A DNA stretch of 61,966 nucleotides, counting the filler, from Globobulimina sp. (taxonomy: Eukaryota), in the NCBI GenBank assembly GCA_003354225.1. It is 18 parts of 18 records of this genome, joined end to end, with 100 filler letters (N's around TTAATTAATTAA, not from the genome) between each part and the next. Parts side by side here need not be neighbours in the genome. Positions count along the whole stretch, not along the records: positions 24,159 to 27,506 come from PIVH01003007.1; positions 27,607 to 30,954 come from PIVH01003008.1; positions 31,055 to 34,401 come from PIVH01003009.1; positions 34,502 to 37,848 come from PIVH01003010.1; 14 more parts are not named here. The stretch is one strand, 5' to 3'. Every line of letters starts with the position of its first letter. Position 1 is the first letter of the stretch. Both the position numbers and the translations under genes were made by a program. This document shows positions 24,159 through 35,827 of the stretch, in pieces. Under the pieces are notes generated by a model. The model was not told where the DNA came from. It made no database searches and saw only the letters and a program-made list of their open reading frames with translations.

Positions 24159-27100
24159 CAACATTGAGAAGCAATTTGAATTGCAATCCAAAGTGAGTGA
24201 GAACTTGCGTTTAAGCGACGAGGTCTTCCAATTTGGCGACAATAAGATATTACGGATCGTGACGGCAAAGACTGGCTTGCTGCAGTTGCAGAAGAAGGGG
24301 TCGCTGCGCACGCTGTGTCCGGACAATACGCGGGAAATGAAGGTCGGCGACGAGTTGCTAGGTTACATCTGCTCGCTGGGCGGGACAAGGCAGAGAAAGC
24401 ACAAAGTCTGGCTACATTTTGGAGGCATCTTGCAGTTACCGGTCAAGTACTGGTCCATGCACGATTTGCCTGAGAAGTTGGTGCAGAAATGCATTGATAC
24501 ATCGTTTAGCAAGCCGGGGATGTACAATTCGGGCGATTTGGTCATGGCGAAAGTGGTTGGCGTGACCAATAAGGACGGCGCCGACGACGAGCGCGATGGC
24601 CATTGGTTCACGCAAATGGTGACATTGAGCATGAAGCCAAGCGTGCTGTTGCCGACTGTGACGGCGTCACAAAAGGCGTTTTATGGCAACAGCTTTATGA
24701 ATGAGTGGTATTTGACGCATCAGCAAAGGCAGGCGCTGTATGCGCGGGGTACGGATGAAAAGGCCAAGGCGGTGTTGGAGTCGTTGCAATTTGGCATGGT
24801 GTTGGCGTGTACGGTGAAGAAGGTGCATAAGACGCAGGTTATGGTGGAGTTTGTGCCGAGTATGGAGGGGGTGGTAAACGGCGTGATTAAGTTGCATGGA
24901 GTCGAGGAAAGGAAGGATTTTCAGCGGCGATTGGCTAAAAAAGAGCAGTTTAAATGCAATGTGTTGGATATTGAGTGGGATGGAGCCGGTGGCGATGTGC
25001 CGGTGGTTGAGTTGTATGACGCCGTTGAAGTGCCATTGTGTACCATATCAACCGCAACGAATACGGTCGTGATTGCAGAGAATCGGTTGATTGAAAGCGC
25101 GCAGATTATCTATGTGTGTACGACGTATTTATTGTGTCAGTTTTTCGTGAATTTGGACGATAACATGGCGTATATTGGCATTGTGCCGATGAAGTTGCCG
25201 TATTTGTTGGTGCCGACTGTGAATATGTTTGCGGTGTACGATGAGATTGATATTAATGTCATCAGTTCGTCGCATGATTATGACGGGATTATTTTGTGCG
25301 GCATTACCAATGACTGCGCGTCCAAATATATCCGTGACTACAGTCGGAAATATGTCAAAGAGCAATATAAAAAACAGGAACAAAGAGATATGGCGCTTTC
25401 TGCCAAAAGAGCTAAACGAAAATTGATAGAAAAAAAGAGTGACAGTCCGATTGCAGTGAAAAAGAGAAAAATTACAGAAATTGGTGGTGACAGTCCGATT
25501 GCGGTGAAAAAGAGGAAAATTGTAGAAATTGGCGGTGCTGAAAGTCTGATTGCAGCGAAAAAGACAAAAATTGAAATTGGCGGGATTGCAGTGGAAAAGT
25601 GGTACATTAGTGCTGAAAGTGAGATTGCAGACAAACTAAAAGTAAATGTTATGAGCTCGATATACAGTGCGACATTGATTAGCTGTGATGTGGAAAAGAG
25701 AGAGTTTGTAATCAACGCAAAACACGAGACATTGCCAGATATTGATGGCGGTATATTGCCATTTGAACAGTTGTGCGATAATTATAAAACCGGGCGGAAA
25801 TTATGCGAATTATATCAGCCAAATAAGGAGAAAATAGAAATAAAAGTGGTTGTTACAAATGTTGAGGGAAATGTAACATTTTTTACTGCTAAGAATATGT
25901 TTGTACGTCATTGCGAAGTACGAACGTATCAAATTTGGCGGACAAATAAGAGAATTAAACCTAATGTACCTGTCATTGGCTATATATCCGAGCATAATGA
26001 CAATAAATTGAGTATATATCACGGTGATAATTTGATATCTCACGTATCGAATGACAACTGTTTATTATTACCGTTTGATTACACGGAGATACGCTCAGTT
26101 TATAAATGTGGGCAAAGTGTGATTGCGCAGTTTAATAAATGGCCGGAGGTTTCACTCAATAATTTAGACACGAAATACATTCAAAATATGGATATGATTA
26201 AAACCAATCAAAGTTTCATCAATGAATACAAAACAATAATGGATATGAAATGTGAGGTGCATATCGGCGATGTGATCGATGTGCTATTAAGCAATATAAC
26301 CGCCACAGTGATTGAATTTACTTATAATACGTTTAAGGGCGAAATAATACGACCGGAGCACAGCGGAATGGACGCATTTTTACAGCAAGAGGAGGCTACA
26401 AAAGTTTTAGTGCTTGATATTGATTATGATACACATACAATATTTGGCAGTATCCGACTATGCAATAAATCGCCCAAAATATTGACTGAATCGGAGCAGG
26501 AAATGGAAATAAAGGCATCTGAGGATATGCTATGTACATTGGAATGGATCAGTGTCTGTAATGGATACTTATTATTGCAAGTTATCGAAAGTTATCGTTT
26601 TATCATTGTACCGTTTGCTACGCCGTATTTTCACTTTACATTCAATCAAATTTATAACTTATTCTTTCAACTTGGCGGCAAATATCAAGTGCGTATTATC
26701 GAATATATTTCGTCGATGAGTGTATATTTAGGATTCATTCCGGAATTCATAAATATTGTAAAGAAAATGCAAACGAATGTTGTTAATAATCCCAGCAAAT
26801 ACAAACCTTATGATTTGCGATTCTCTCATCCGGCGAAGATAATGTATACAAAGGAGGTGATTCGCGGTTTATCGGTGAAGTTAATACAAAGTACGGAGCA
26901 GGGACATATTGCTGAATTTGCACCAAGTTTTTATCCGAAAATTGTGATTCAACGGCTTCAGAATGAAAATGAGCAACAAAAGGAGAAATATTTAATTTTG
27001 GAAGATAAGGCGGAGTGCAATGCGATGGTTAAAGTCAACATAAATTTGTTGAAATTGATTAAAGATAAAAAATATTCGAACTCAAACAGGGAAATTATAA

Positions 27101-27506
27101 TATCGATTGACGATGTTTTGTCAGAGGAGGATTATGATGAAATTATGCAAGAAACTAAGCGGGATATTATTGAGTCATTGAAAGTTGGCACAATCGTCGA
27201 TGTGGAGGTTGCATCCGTCTCAAAACATGGTATTGATGTTAGTTTATTGGATACAGTGCAAAAAGGATTTGTTGAAGCCATTCATAGTTCAGATTCGATC
27301 GCAAAAATAGAAAATTTAATCAGTAAACCACAAGATATGGAGGCAATGGTTGGCGAACAGTGTAAAGCGGTCATTATTGACATTTCAAACCAAAATATGC
27401 TGCAATTATCATTGGAAAAATCTGTGCTGAAAAAATATCAGAAAATCCAACATTTATTGCCCGAAAATAAGAAGAAGTTGCGGTTAGATGTCGGACAAGA
27501 AATTAA
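24159..27506 (+). CDS. RRP5: RRP5-like multi-S1-domain rRNA biogenesis protein, partial
   Basis: Repeated S1-like units (MKVGDELLGYI, LQFGMVLACTVKKV, LKVGTIVDVEVASVSKHGIDVSL, VGEQCKAVII..LQLSL). Confidence 0.6.
25441..25584 (+). repeat. Three 48-nt coding tandem repeats (DSPIAVKKRKIxEIGG)
   Basis: gacagtccgattgc(a/g)gtgaaaaagag... occurs twice, plus a degenerate third copy. Confidence 0.85.
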
Positions 27507-27606
27507 NNNNNNNNNNNNNNNNNNNNNNNNNNNNNNNNNNNNNNNNNNNNTTAATTAATTAANNNNNNNNNNNNNNNNNNNNNNNNNNNNNNNNNNNNNN
27601 NNNNNN

Positions 27607-28961
27607 TCTTTCAGTGTCATACCACTAAATGGATAATCATCCGTATTTTTAACAACTGCTTTTTGTATTAAGTAATTATTTAAGTTATGCTCATACGTAT
27701 TGGCAATACCTACATTTTCGGAAGCTTTCATACTTTCAAACAGTACACGATTAATACAACAGATACGTATAATTTGATGTTGTTTTCTTGAGATTATTAA
27801 AGGTACTCTTTCCTCATAATAATCATCAATATTTATTTTTTTTGCATTATTAACAAAATATAGTAATGGCAAATAAAATTCTGCGGCACCATCATTACTT
27901 ATACGCTGTGATAAGCCATTTATCATTAATAACATTGCAAATATAACAAACACAGAAATGATCATAGCCATTAAACTAAGAAATAAACCAATAATCCAAA
28001 AGATTTGCAGCAGCGAAACCACTGCAAAATATGAGATGGAGTCTATGCACCCCTCACGAAATGAAAAATATGCATTTAAAATAATACTAACAATCAGTAC
28101 GAATGGTACAACTGTAACCAATATGCAATATATCCAAATACGTTGCAACAGCACAAACGGATTAATATCGATATCATTTCCGACAGTTCCTGGGGTATAA
28201 AATATAAACGACACGATGCAAAATATTGCAATAAAGTCAACCAAACAGCACAGCCAATTAAATATTGCATATTTCCAATTGTATGAAATATTTACAGATA
28301 AAATAAATGTTTTTGTAGATACGGATATAATGGATAATAATATGGAAAACATAGCAATGTAATTATTATAATCGTGATAATAAACGATAGCAATTGACTG
28401 TAAAACGGACTGTGGAAACGCTTCAATCATTGCCTCAATTATAAATCCGATATGTTTCGATAATTTTTGTGCTGCCCATTCTTTCAATGCTTGTGTTTCG
28501 TCATATTTTTTGTTATCGTTTTTGGAGTTAAAACAGTCATAGTCACAGTCGAATGTCTCAAAGAACCCATATATACATTTATGTAATGGTTTATCTTTGT
28601 TTTCTGTGAAAAAAAAAGCAAATGATAATAATGGAGCAAAGGGTAACAAACAGCAACATGACATCACCGCAGCCCCATCGCCCCGTGTGGCGTCTTTAAA
28701 TTTCCACCAAAACGCCACCGTGTATGCTAATTGAGCAATTATTAAAATTGTTAATGAACAAGAAAAAAAAAATATTTTCCCATGGATATAAAACTCAATT
28801 AAAACTATAACGTCAGTAATTATATCCAATAATGATATAATAATTGTAAATATATCATAAATTATTCCCAATATATTGCGTGTAAGTGGTGAATTTAAAC
28901 AATTTCTGTCGTGTTTAAATGCGAATTGGCTCAGTTCCATATCAACATTATGTTGTGACAT
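27607..28961 (-). CDS. XK-related (Xkr-family) multi-pass membrane protein, 3'-partial
   Basis: LDIITDVIV, EAMIEAFPQSVLQ (ExxPQ motif), multiple TM helices. Confidence 0.7.
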
Positions 28962-29013
28962 GATGTTGAAAAGATGTTGACAAAAGATTTTTACTTGCAC
29001 TAAACGCTCAAAC

Positions 29014-30144
29014 ATGGAATTTGTAGAACCTAAAACAGCAAAAGAGTTTGAATGTGGTATTTGTTTGGATATTTTTGATCAACCCGTTCAGGTACAACCA
29101 TACAAGTGTCAGATTGTTTACAATATAGTGATTATACTATATTTATAGATTGGATGTAAAGAAGGTCATATATTTTGTAAGAAATGTCTGACAGAATTAA
29201 GAGAACAAACACCTAATCACTCAAGGATTCGTTGCCCACTTTGTCGACAAAAATGCAAAGTAACAAAATCGTTTAATAGAGTTCCATTCATTGATAGGCA
29301 AATAAAGAATTTAATGGTAAAATGTCCAAATCATCGTATCACTCCGCAAAAGGCATCACATTTTAATATTAATATCAAATCAAATAACAACACTAACAAT
29401 AAAAATGATAATGAAGAGGAAGAGGAACAGTTAACACCGGTGCCATTAAGGCGAAGCAAAAGAATTCGAGAAAAAATGAATGAAACATCAGCTGCAGCCG
29501 GACATAAAAGAAAATTTGAAAACGATGACAGTGACATGACTGATATCCAAATAGTAAACAAAAAACGGAAAATGAACAACGATATCTATGCACATGAATT
29601 ATGTGATTGGATTGGTGCTTTATCAGAATATAAGAATCATTTTCGTGTAAATTGTCCATTACAACTAATTGAATGCCGTTTTTGTGTTGGTTCAATGTTA
29701 AGAAAAGAGAAAGAATTTCATGATTTATCGTGTTTAAGTTTTCCTGTTAAATGTAAACAGTGTAACAAAGAATGTCCGCGAGGTATAATGGGAAGACATA
29801 TTAAAGAATTTTGTCCAATGACGAACATAAAATGTGACCAATGTGGAGATGAAATAAAAAGGACTGATAAAAGGAAACATTATAAACGTTTTTGTTCAGA
29901 AACAGTGATAAAATGCGATTTTGATAGATTTGGTTGTGATGCTGAATGCAAACGAAAAGATATGGAACAGCATAATGCAGAGTTTACACATTATCATTTA
30001 GTAAAAGTTAAGAATAGTCATTTTAGATTGGAAATGCGATTAAATAGATTGGAATCAAGAATGAATAGCTTGCAACGACAAATGGCTCCCACTTCGAGTT
30101 CAGATGATTCAGATGTACGTAATTATTATAATTGGAATCCATGA
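29014..30144 (+). CDS. RING finger plus TRAF-type zinc-finger protein
   Basis: Exon 1 CGIC, intron 29092-29148, then GCKEGHIFCKKC...CPLCR; TRAF-type Zn fingers; C-terminal coiled coil. Confidence 0.85.
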
Positions 30145-30435
30145 TCCAATGTTTCTTGCCACTTCAACCGTAAATATATTGTGCAGCTTGTCCATTGCTT
30201 TAGGATTTAAGATGTAAACTGTTCTCATAATTACACGATAAACCATTTAAAAAAAGGAACAAAAAAGGGATAAATTACTCTTTTAATAGTCATGTTAACA
30301 ATTCACACCCAAACAGAAAATAAAAATTCATCACAAAAATACAAAATGTTATATACATAAAAATAATACTTGAAATACTGGACTTTTACTACTGTACAAG
30401 CCCGGATATGAATTAATAAATCCATAAATTGAAAA

Positions 30436-30954
30436 TCATGTATCTTTTATTGTAGCAGGTGAAGAAGGAATAGGTGTTTTTGGTCTTGGCGACGCAGCCT
30501 CAATCTTGATATTTCGCGCCTTACCATCTTTATTATATTGATACAATTTCATCGACGGTGGTTTCGGTGCTTGATTTGCAACCAACTCTTGCTGCAATAC
30601 CACACAATAACTGTCATCACATAAGAAATCGCTTTGACATATTGCTTTCTTACATTTGATGGTTTTATACTCTTTGCCCGTCGCAGTGGAGAACAATTTT
30701 GCGCGCGTACACCCAGCCCGTGCTGTCAATAAATATCCGTTCCGAATATTCAATGACTTTACATGGTCGTTATCCATGTCAGACACATTTGGCCCAGCCT
30801 TTATCGTATCTTTGCCGGTGATATAAAAGATCATTAATTTTCGCGTCGCAGTCACTATGGTTTTGCCATCCGCACTCACCCGGATCCTCCAAAAATTATA
30901 TTTGTCGTCTTGATACACTTGAATTCCATCATAACTCTTAAATTCATCCTCTTC
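30436..30954 (-). CDS. WD40/beta-propeller protein C-terminus, 5'-partial
   Basis: IRVSADGKTIVTA and AKLFSTATGKEYKTI WD-like repeats. Confidence 0.55.
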   Translation of the reverse strand, partial: EEDEFKSYDGIQVYQDDKYNFWRIRVSADGKTIVTATRKLMIFYITGKDTIKAGPNVSDMDNDHVKSLNIRNGYLLTARAGCTRAKLFSTATGKEYKTIKCKKAICQSDFLCDDSYCVVLQQELVANQAPKPPSMKLYQYNKDGKARNIKIEAASPRPKTPIPSSPATIKDT

Positions 30955-31054
30955 NNNNNNNNNNNNNNNNNNNNNNNNNNNNNNNNNNNNNNNNNNNNTT
31001 AATTAATTAANNNNNNNNNNNNNNNNNNNNNNNNNNNNNNNNNNNNNNNNNNNN

Positions 31055-33661
31055 AGCCAAATGCGTATGGACCGAGGATACGGATGTGATATTTGTAGTG
31101 GATGAAGCCTGCGACAATGTGGGTGACGACGACATGGAAAAACAAAACGAGTTCATTGCCAATATGATACAGCGTATAAAGAATACACCGCGAGGAGACA
31201 CACCGAGGTTGGCATATATTGGCTGTCAGTCGCAAATCCAAACTGTCATTGCCTTGGATCATACACAATACAACTCTCCATTCACCGAGATTGACGCCGC
31301 TGATGTCAAGAAAATGTCGTTTATTATCCGGGATAGGGAGTATAATGCGCTTAGCGGTGATAAACCGCCACGTGAACGGTGCATCGAACACGCCGTCGAT
31401 GCGTTTAATAGGAACGATGGCAGGAATAAGAAGATTATATTGGTCGCAAACTGCGAGGAAAGCAGTAACAGTGACACCTGTTCCATACGGGATGATTTAA
31501 GAGATAATTATCCGGCTCATATTGATTTTATATTCGTAAACGTGGCAACCATACCGGAGGATATGAATACGTGTTTAGATCAGAGCGCAGATCGCTTATT
31601 CCATTATCCAGAGTTCAAGCACTTAAACGAACGCGACGGACAAGCAGAGGCACTGTGCGATCAAATCTGTGAAGCGCCGACGGCATCGCCCACACCGGCG
31701 CCCACAGACATACCTACCATCGCACCCACACCTGCGCCCACATCGGCACCCACTCCGCGACCAAGCAGAGCTCCCTCACGTATGTACACATAGCGTCCTA
31801 TTACTTTCGCACAACGTTTGTATATTCCATAGCCGCACCGACTACGTCTCCCACTGCTGGACCAACCAAACGACCCACGGACGCGCCAACCCCCAGACCC
31901 AAAACCGGAGAACCTACGCCGGCGCCTACAGACTCGCCCACGCCTTCACCGACCAACAATCCAAGCCGTAGACCAACCAGATCACCAACAGACTCTCCCA
32001 CGCCTTCACCCACAAACAACCCCAACCGCAGACCAACCAGATCGCCAACCAGTGCTCCTACGCCTTCTCCAACCACAAACCCCACCAAACTACCCACACA
32101 CTCGCCTATATACATAACCTCAGTGCCCTCCGAGTCTCCCACGTTCCCTCCCATAGACAAACCGAGCAATACCACTGAACCTAGCCGTGCTCCACACGCA
32201 GCGCCCACCGCATGGCCCACCCGCCAGCCCACCATGTTGGAGTGCCCCGCACCGCCAGATTTCATGCCGCCTAACAGCAACGGCGCAGTGCAGTGCAACG
32301 AGGACCAGACAGAGTGGGACATTTCGTTCCAGAATTGGGCGTATGACGAAGATAAGGATTTGACCTACGTCCGCTACGAAGTGTGTGTGTCGCCCGTCAA
32401 TGTGTTTAATACTTGCAATCTGCGGCCGGACGCCTTCGGCATTGCCGCTCTATTCATCCAAATACCGTGTTTATGCGAGATCTGTCTACCTGAGGTGACG
32501 TACCATATGGAGCCTGACAATGGAAAGGCGACGATTGCATTTCAAGGCTGGATATGGATGGAAACGGTCGGCGTTGGGCAGTGCGATGAGTTTAACATTG
32601 TGTTGCATGGATTCGCTGATATGAATCGAGGCATTTATAAGATATTTGGCATGGATGGGCGGTACCAAATTGGTGTGGTAGAAACGCCAAATCCGTGCTA
32701 TTATTATACGAAGAATCCGTTTGTGGACAGTAGCAGCAGCAGCAGCAGTGATGATGGTGGAGCTGAGGAGCCCGATGATAGCGATGGATGCAGTCCCCGT
32801 GGATTGGATTTCGTTGAGGATAAATGCGACTTTTTATGCGAGTATGACGGCTCTGAATTTTCAGCCACGTTCTTAGAGGATGAGTATGCTTACGATGAGG
32901 TTCATAATGAGACGGTGTTTAAATATGAGATATCTGTGGATGCGAATTTGAATACGTGCCATCCCGACGAAACTGCGATAAGTATGGATTACTTTTATAT
33001 TCGGTTAGGCTGCGATTGTGACACATTATCGGATGGATATTTGACGAGTATTACGAAAGAGTTGCAGCCGTATGGCACTGTGGGTGCTTTGTACTGGGAA
33101 TGGAGTAATTTGAATGTGAGACCCGGTGAGAAGTTGAACGTAAGCATAGTTTTAGAGGGGTATATCGAATATAATTATGGTGATTTGACCTTTGGCGGAG
33201 ATTCGCCAAACGGTTATTCATTTTGTACAAATGATTGGGAACAGAATGGTGTACCCTATCCGTGTTCGAATAGATGCCATTATGGACAGTGGACCGCATG
33301 GACGGATTGGGGGCAATGTTCCAAGTCATGTGGCGGTGGCAAGAAATATAGGATTCGAGATTGTGTGTCGGTTTGTGATGGTAAAACACCGATTGATAAT
33401 TGTATGGGTGATTCGCATTCGTACGTACCGTGTAATACACAGCAGTGTGATATGATGCATTCTATGGAGTCTTCCAGTTCATCGTCATCCTCGTCGTCGA
33501 GTTCAAGTTCAAGTTCAAGTTCGAGCTCAAGTTCATCGTCAAGTTCAAGTTCATCATCAAGTTCAAGTTCGAGCTCATCGTCAAGCTCGGGTTCATCATC
33601 AAGTTCGAGCTCAGACAGTGATGGCAGCGAAAGTAAAACCAGAATGTGGGTAAGAAGATAA
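31055..33661 (+). CDS. Extracellular protein: vWA-like, Pro/Thr mucin-like repeats, two Cys-rich beta domains, TSP1, poly-Ser tail; 5'-partial
   Basis: DVIFVVD (degenerate MIDAS); intron 31780-31832; PTxxPT repeats; WTAWTDWGQCSKSCGGGKKYRIRDC (TSP1); terminal Ser run. Confidence 0.75.
33469..33612 (+). repeat. Coding poly-serine tract (TCA/TCG-AGT/AGC hexamer repeats)
   Basis: (tcaagt)n-like array encoding more than 40 Ser with one Gly. Confidence 0.9.
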
Positions 33662-34501
33662 AAAGCAAACAGATGACTGTGACAAGATATTATTTTTGTT
33701 TTATATTGATTTTTTTTGTCAGTCTTATATAGAGTGTATTATTGGTGGTGTTTTTGTGATATCGCCTGCTTTTACCACGTATATTATTTTGTTTTTTTTT
33801 GTGTTTGGGTTTTTTGTAATTTTTGTAATATTAAGACTTCATTCGTATTATATATTATTTGTTTGCATGCAATATTTCAGTCATTCAAATTTTTATTTTT
33901 TCTGAGTGTTTATTTCATATTTGTCGGTTATTTGTTTTTCTGTGTTTTTTTATCCCTTTTTAGTTTGTATGTTTTTTCTTTTTATTTTGTTTTGCAATAA
34001 ATGTGTTTTTCAAAAACAACATTTGTTGTCCAACCTTATTTTACTTTTTTTCATTTAATTTTGTCATTTGACACTAATTTTTATGTGGGTTCAGTTCTAA
34101 TGATATTGGTTTTATACTTTTTTTTTCGTACTGTTTTTTTTTTTCTTCCAACCAAAATCATGACTAACTATCTGTTTTATTATCATAAATTATTCTTTTT
34201 GTTTATTATTATTATTTTTTTATGAATCAACTCTCTTTTCGTCAAATTTAGTCGATGGTTTGTCTTGATATTCATATCTATTCTGTGTTCAATATTTATA
34301 CCTTTTATCTCTTTAATATGATAATAATTGATACTATTACCGTACGTGATTTATTTATTCCGTTTTTCTAAAATTCGTTGCTACTGTTTCATGCAAAAAT
34401 GNNNNNNNNNNNNNNNNNNNNNNNNNNNNNNNNNNNNNNNNNNNNTTAATTAATTAANNNNNNNNNNNNNNNNNNNNNNNNNNNNNNNNNNNNNNNNNNN
34501 N

Positions 34502-35780
34502 GAATATCCGTGTGTTTGCTCCGCAATATATTCAAAATCAGTATTGGGATTAAAGGGTGTTTTGTGTAACACTGCCTTCAAAATGGATACTCGACATGGA
34601 AAATCTGGCAAATCCACAAATATTAACTGCTCAAAACGGCCTTCCTTCATCAATGGTTCCATGCAATCTTTTCTTAATGGATCTGTTTACACAAAATGCA
34701 AATTAATAAAATCTAACCAAAATGTATTTCAATGTACAAATACATTATGTTAGATTCAAATACATTGTACAGGAACACACCAAAAATATGACGAGTACCA
34801 GCGCCAATAAACCATATTTTTTTGTCATGTTTAATATTATCCATTGCAACAATCAATTTATTCACAATTCGAGATCGAGTATTATAAGAACCTATTTTGT
34901 AGTTATATGTCTCATATGATATATAAATAAATAAATACGTACATGATCGTGTGAGAGCATCCAATTGGTCAAAGAACAAGATACATGGTTGACATTGTAC
35001 TGCTTTTTGAAATACATTTTCTATAAAATTAGCATTGGAATGTGTTATCAGCTCTGGTCCTGTGGTGACAATGCAGGTTACCCCAACTTCAGCAGCTGCA
35101 GCTTTTACCACTTTCGTTTTACCGCATCCTCTCGGACCCCATAACAGAAAGCCTCGCTTTGCTTTTATTCCACCACATTGTCCAATTGCAAACAGATGTG
35201 GGTATTCACTTTGATATGCTGTCATTCCAATGATCTGTTTTTTAATCTCTTCCATGCCACCCACATCAGCCCAGGTTACAGCAGCTGAGCAATTTCTATC
35301 TTCAAATTCACCAAAAGCTACATTACCTCGGTTGGAGATTATATTTACGATATCATCGACATGTATATCAGCAACAATATTATCACATGCATCCACTGTA
35401 AAGTTATCCATATCGGCTAATAATTGTTTTGTATTTGCCAGTGTTTGATCTTTGCTGTTTGATGAATCAAAAGAAGGGTTGTTTATTGATGCTTGGCATT
35501 GTTTCAATTTGGTTAATTGACATGTTAATGTTTCTGATTTTTGAGTGTATAAAGAATGCAATTCATTAATCAATGTTTCTTGTCTGTTCATCGCAGATTG
35601 TATGATGTTATCCATTTGCTCTTGAATTTCTTTTTTGATTTTTTCTTGGTTTTGCAGCAAGTCGTTGATTGCTTTTGTTATGGAGTGTATATGTTGAGTT
35701 ATTAGGTTAGTTTGATTGTTTATGCTGTTGTTATCAAACGTCACCAAGTTTTGAATAGAACATTCTTTATGGTGCGTCAT
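34502..35780 (-). CDS. Coiled-coil plus CDC48/p97-D2-like AAA+ ATPase with Walker B E>Q, 3'-partial
   Basis: VTWADVGGMEEIKK, GPRGCGKT, ILFFDQLD, GRFEQLIFVDLPD. Introns 34892-34942 and 34683-34780. Confidence 0.8.
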
Positions 35781-35827
35781 CTTGGTAAAAAACTGCTTTT
35801 CCACTCAACAAAATTTTATCAAATTAT

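Noticed and set aside
33696-34225. Phe-rich short ORFs resembling membrane proteins (also 10937-11203)
   Set aside because: By-products of T-rich non-coding DNA.
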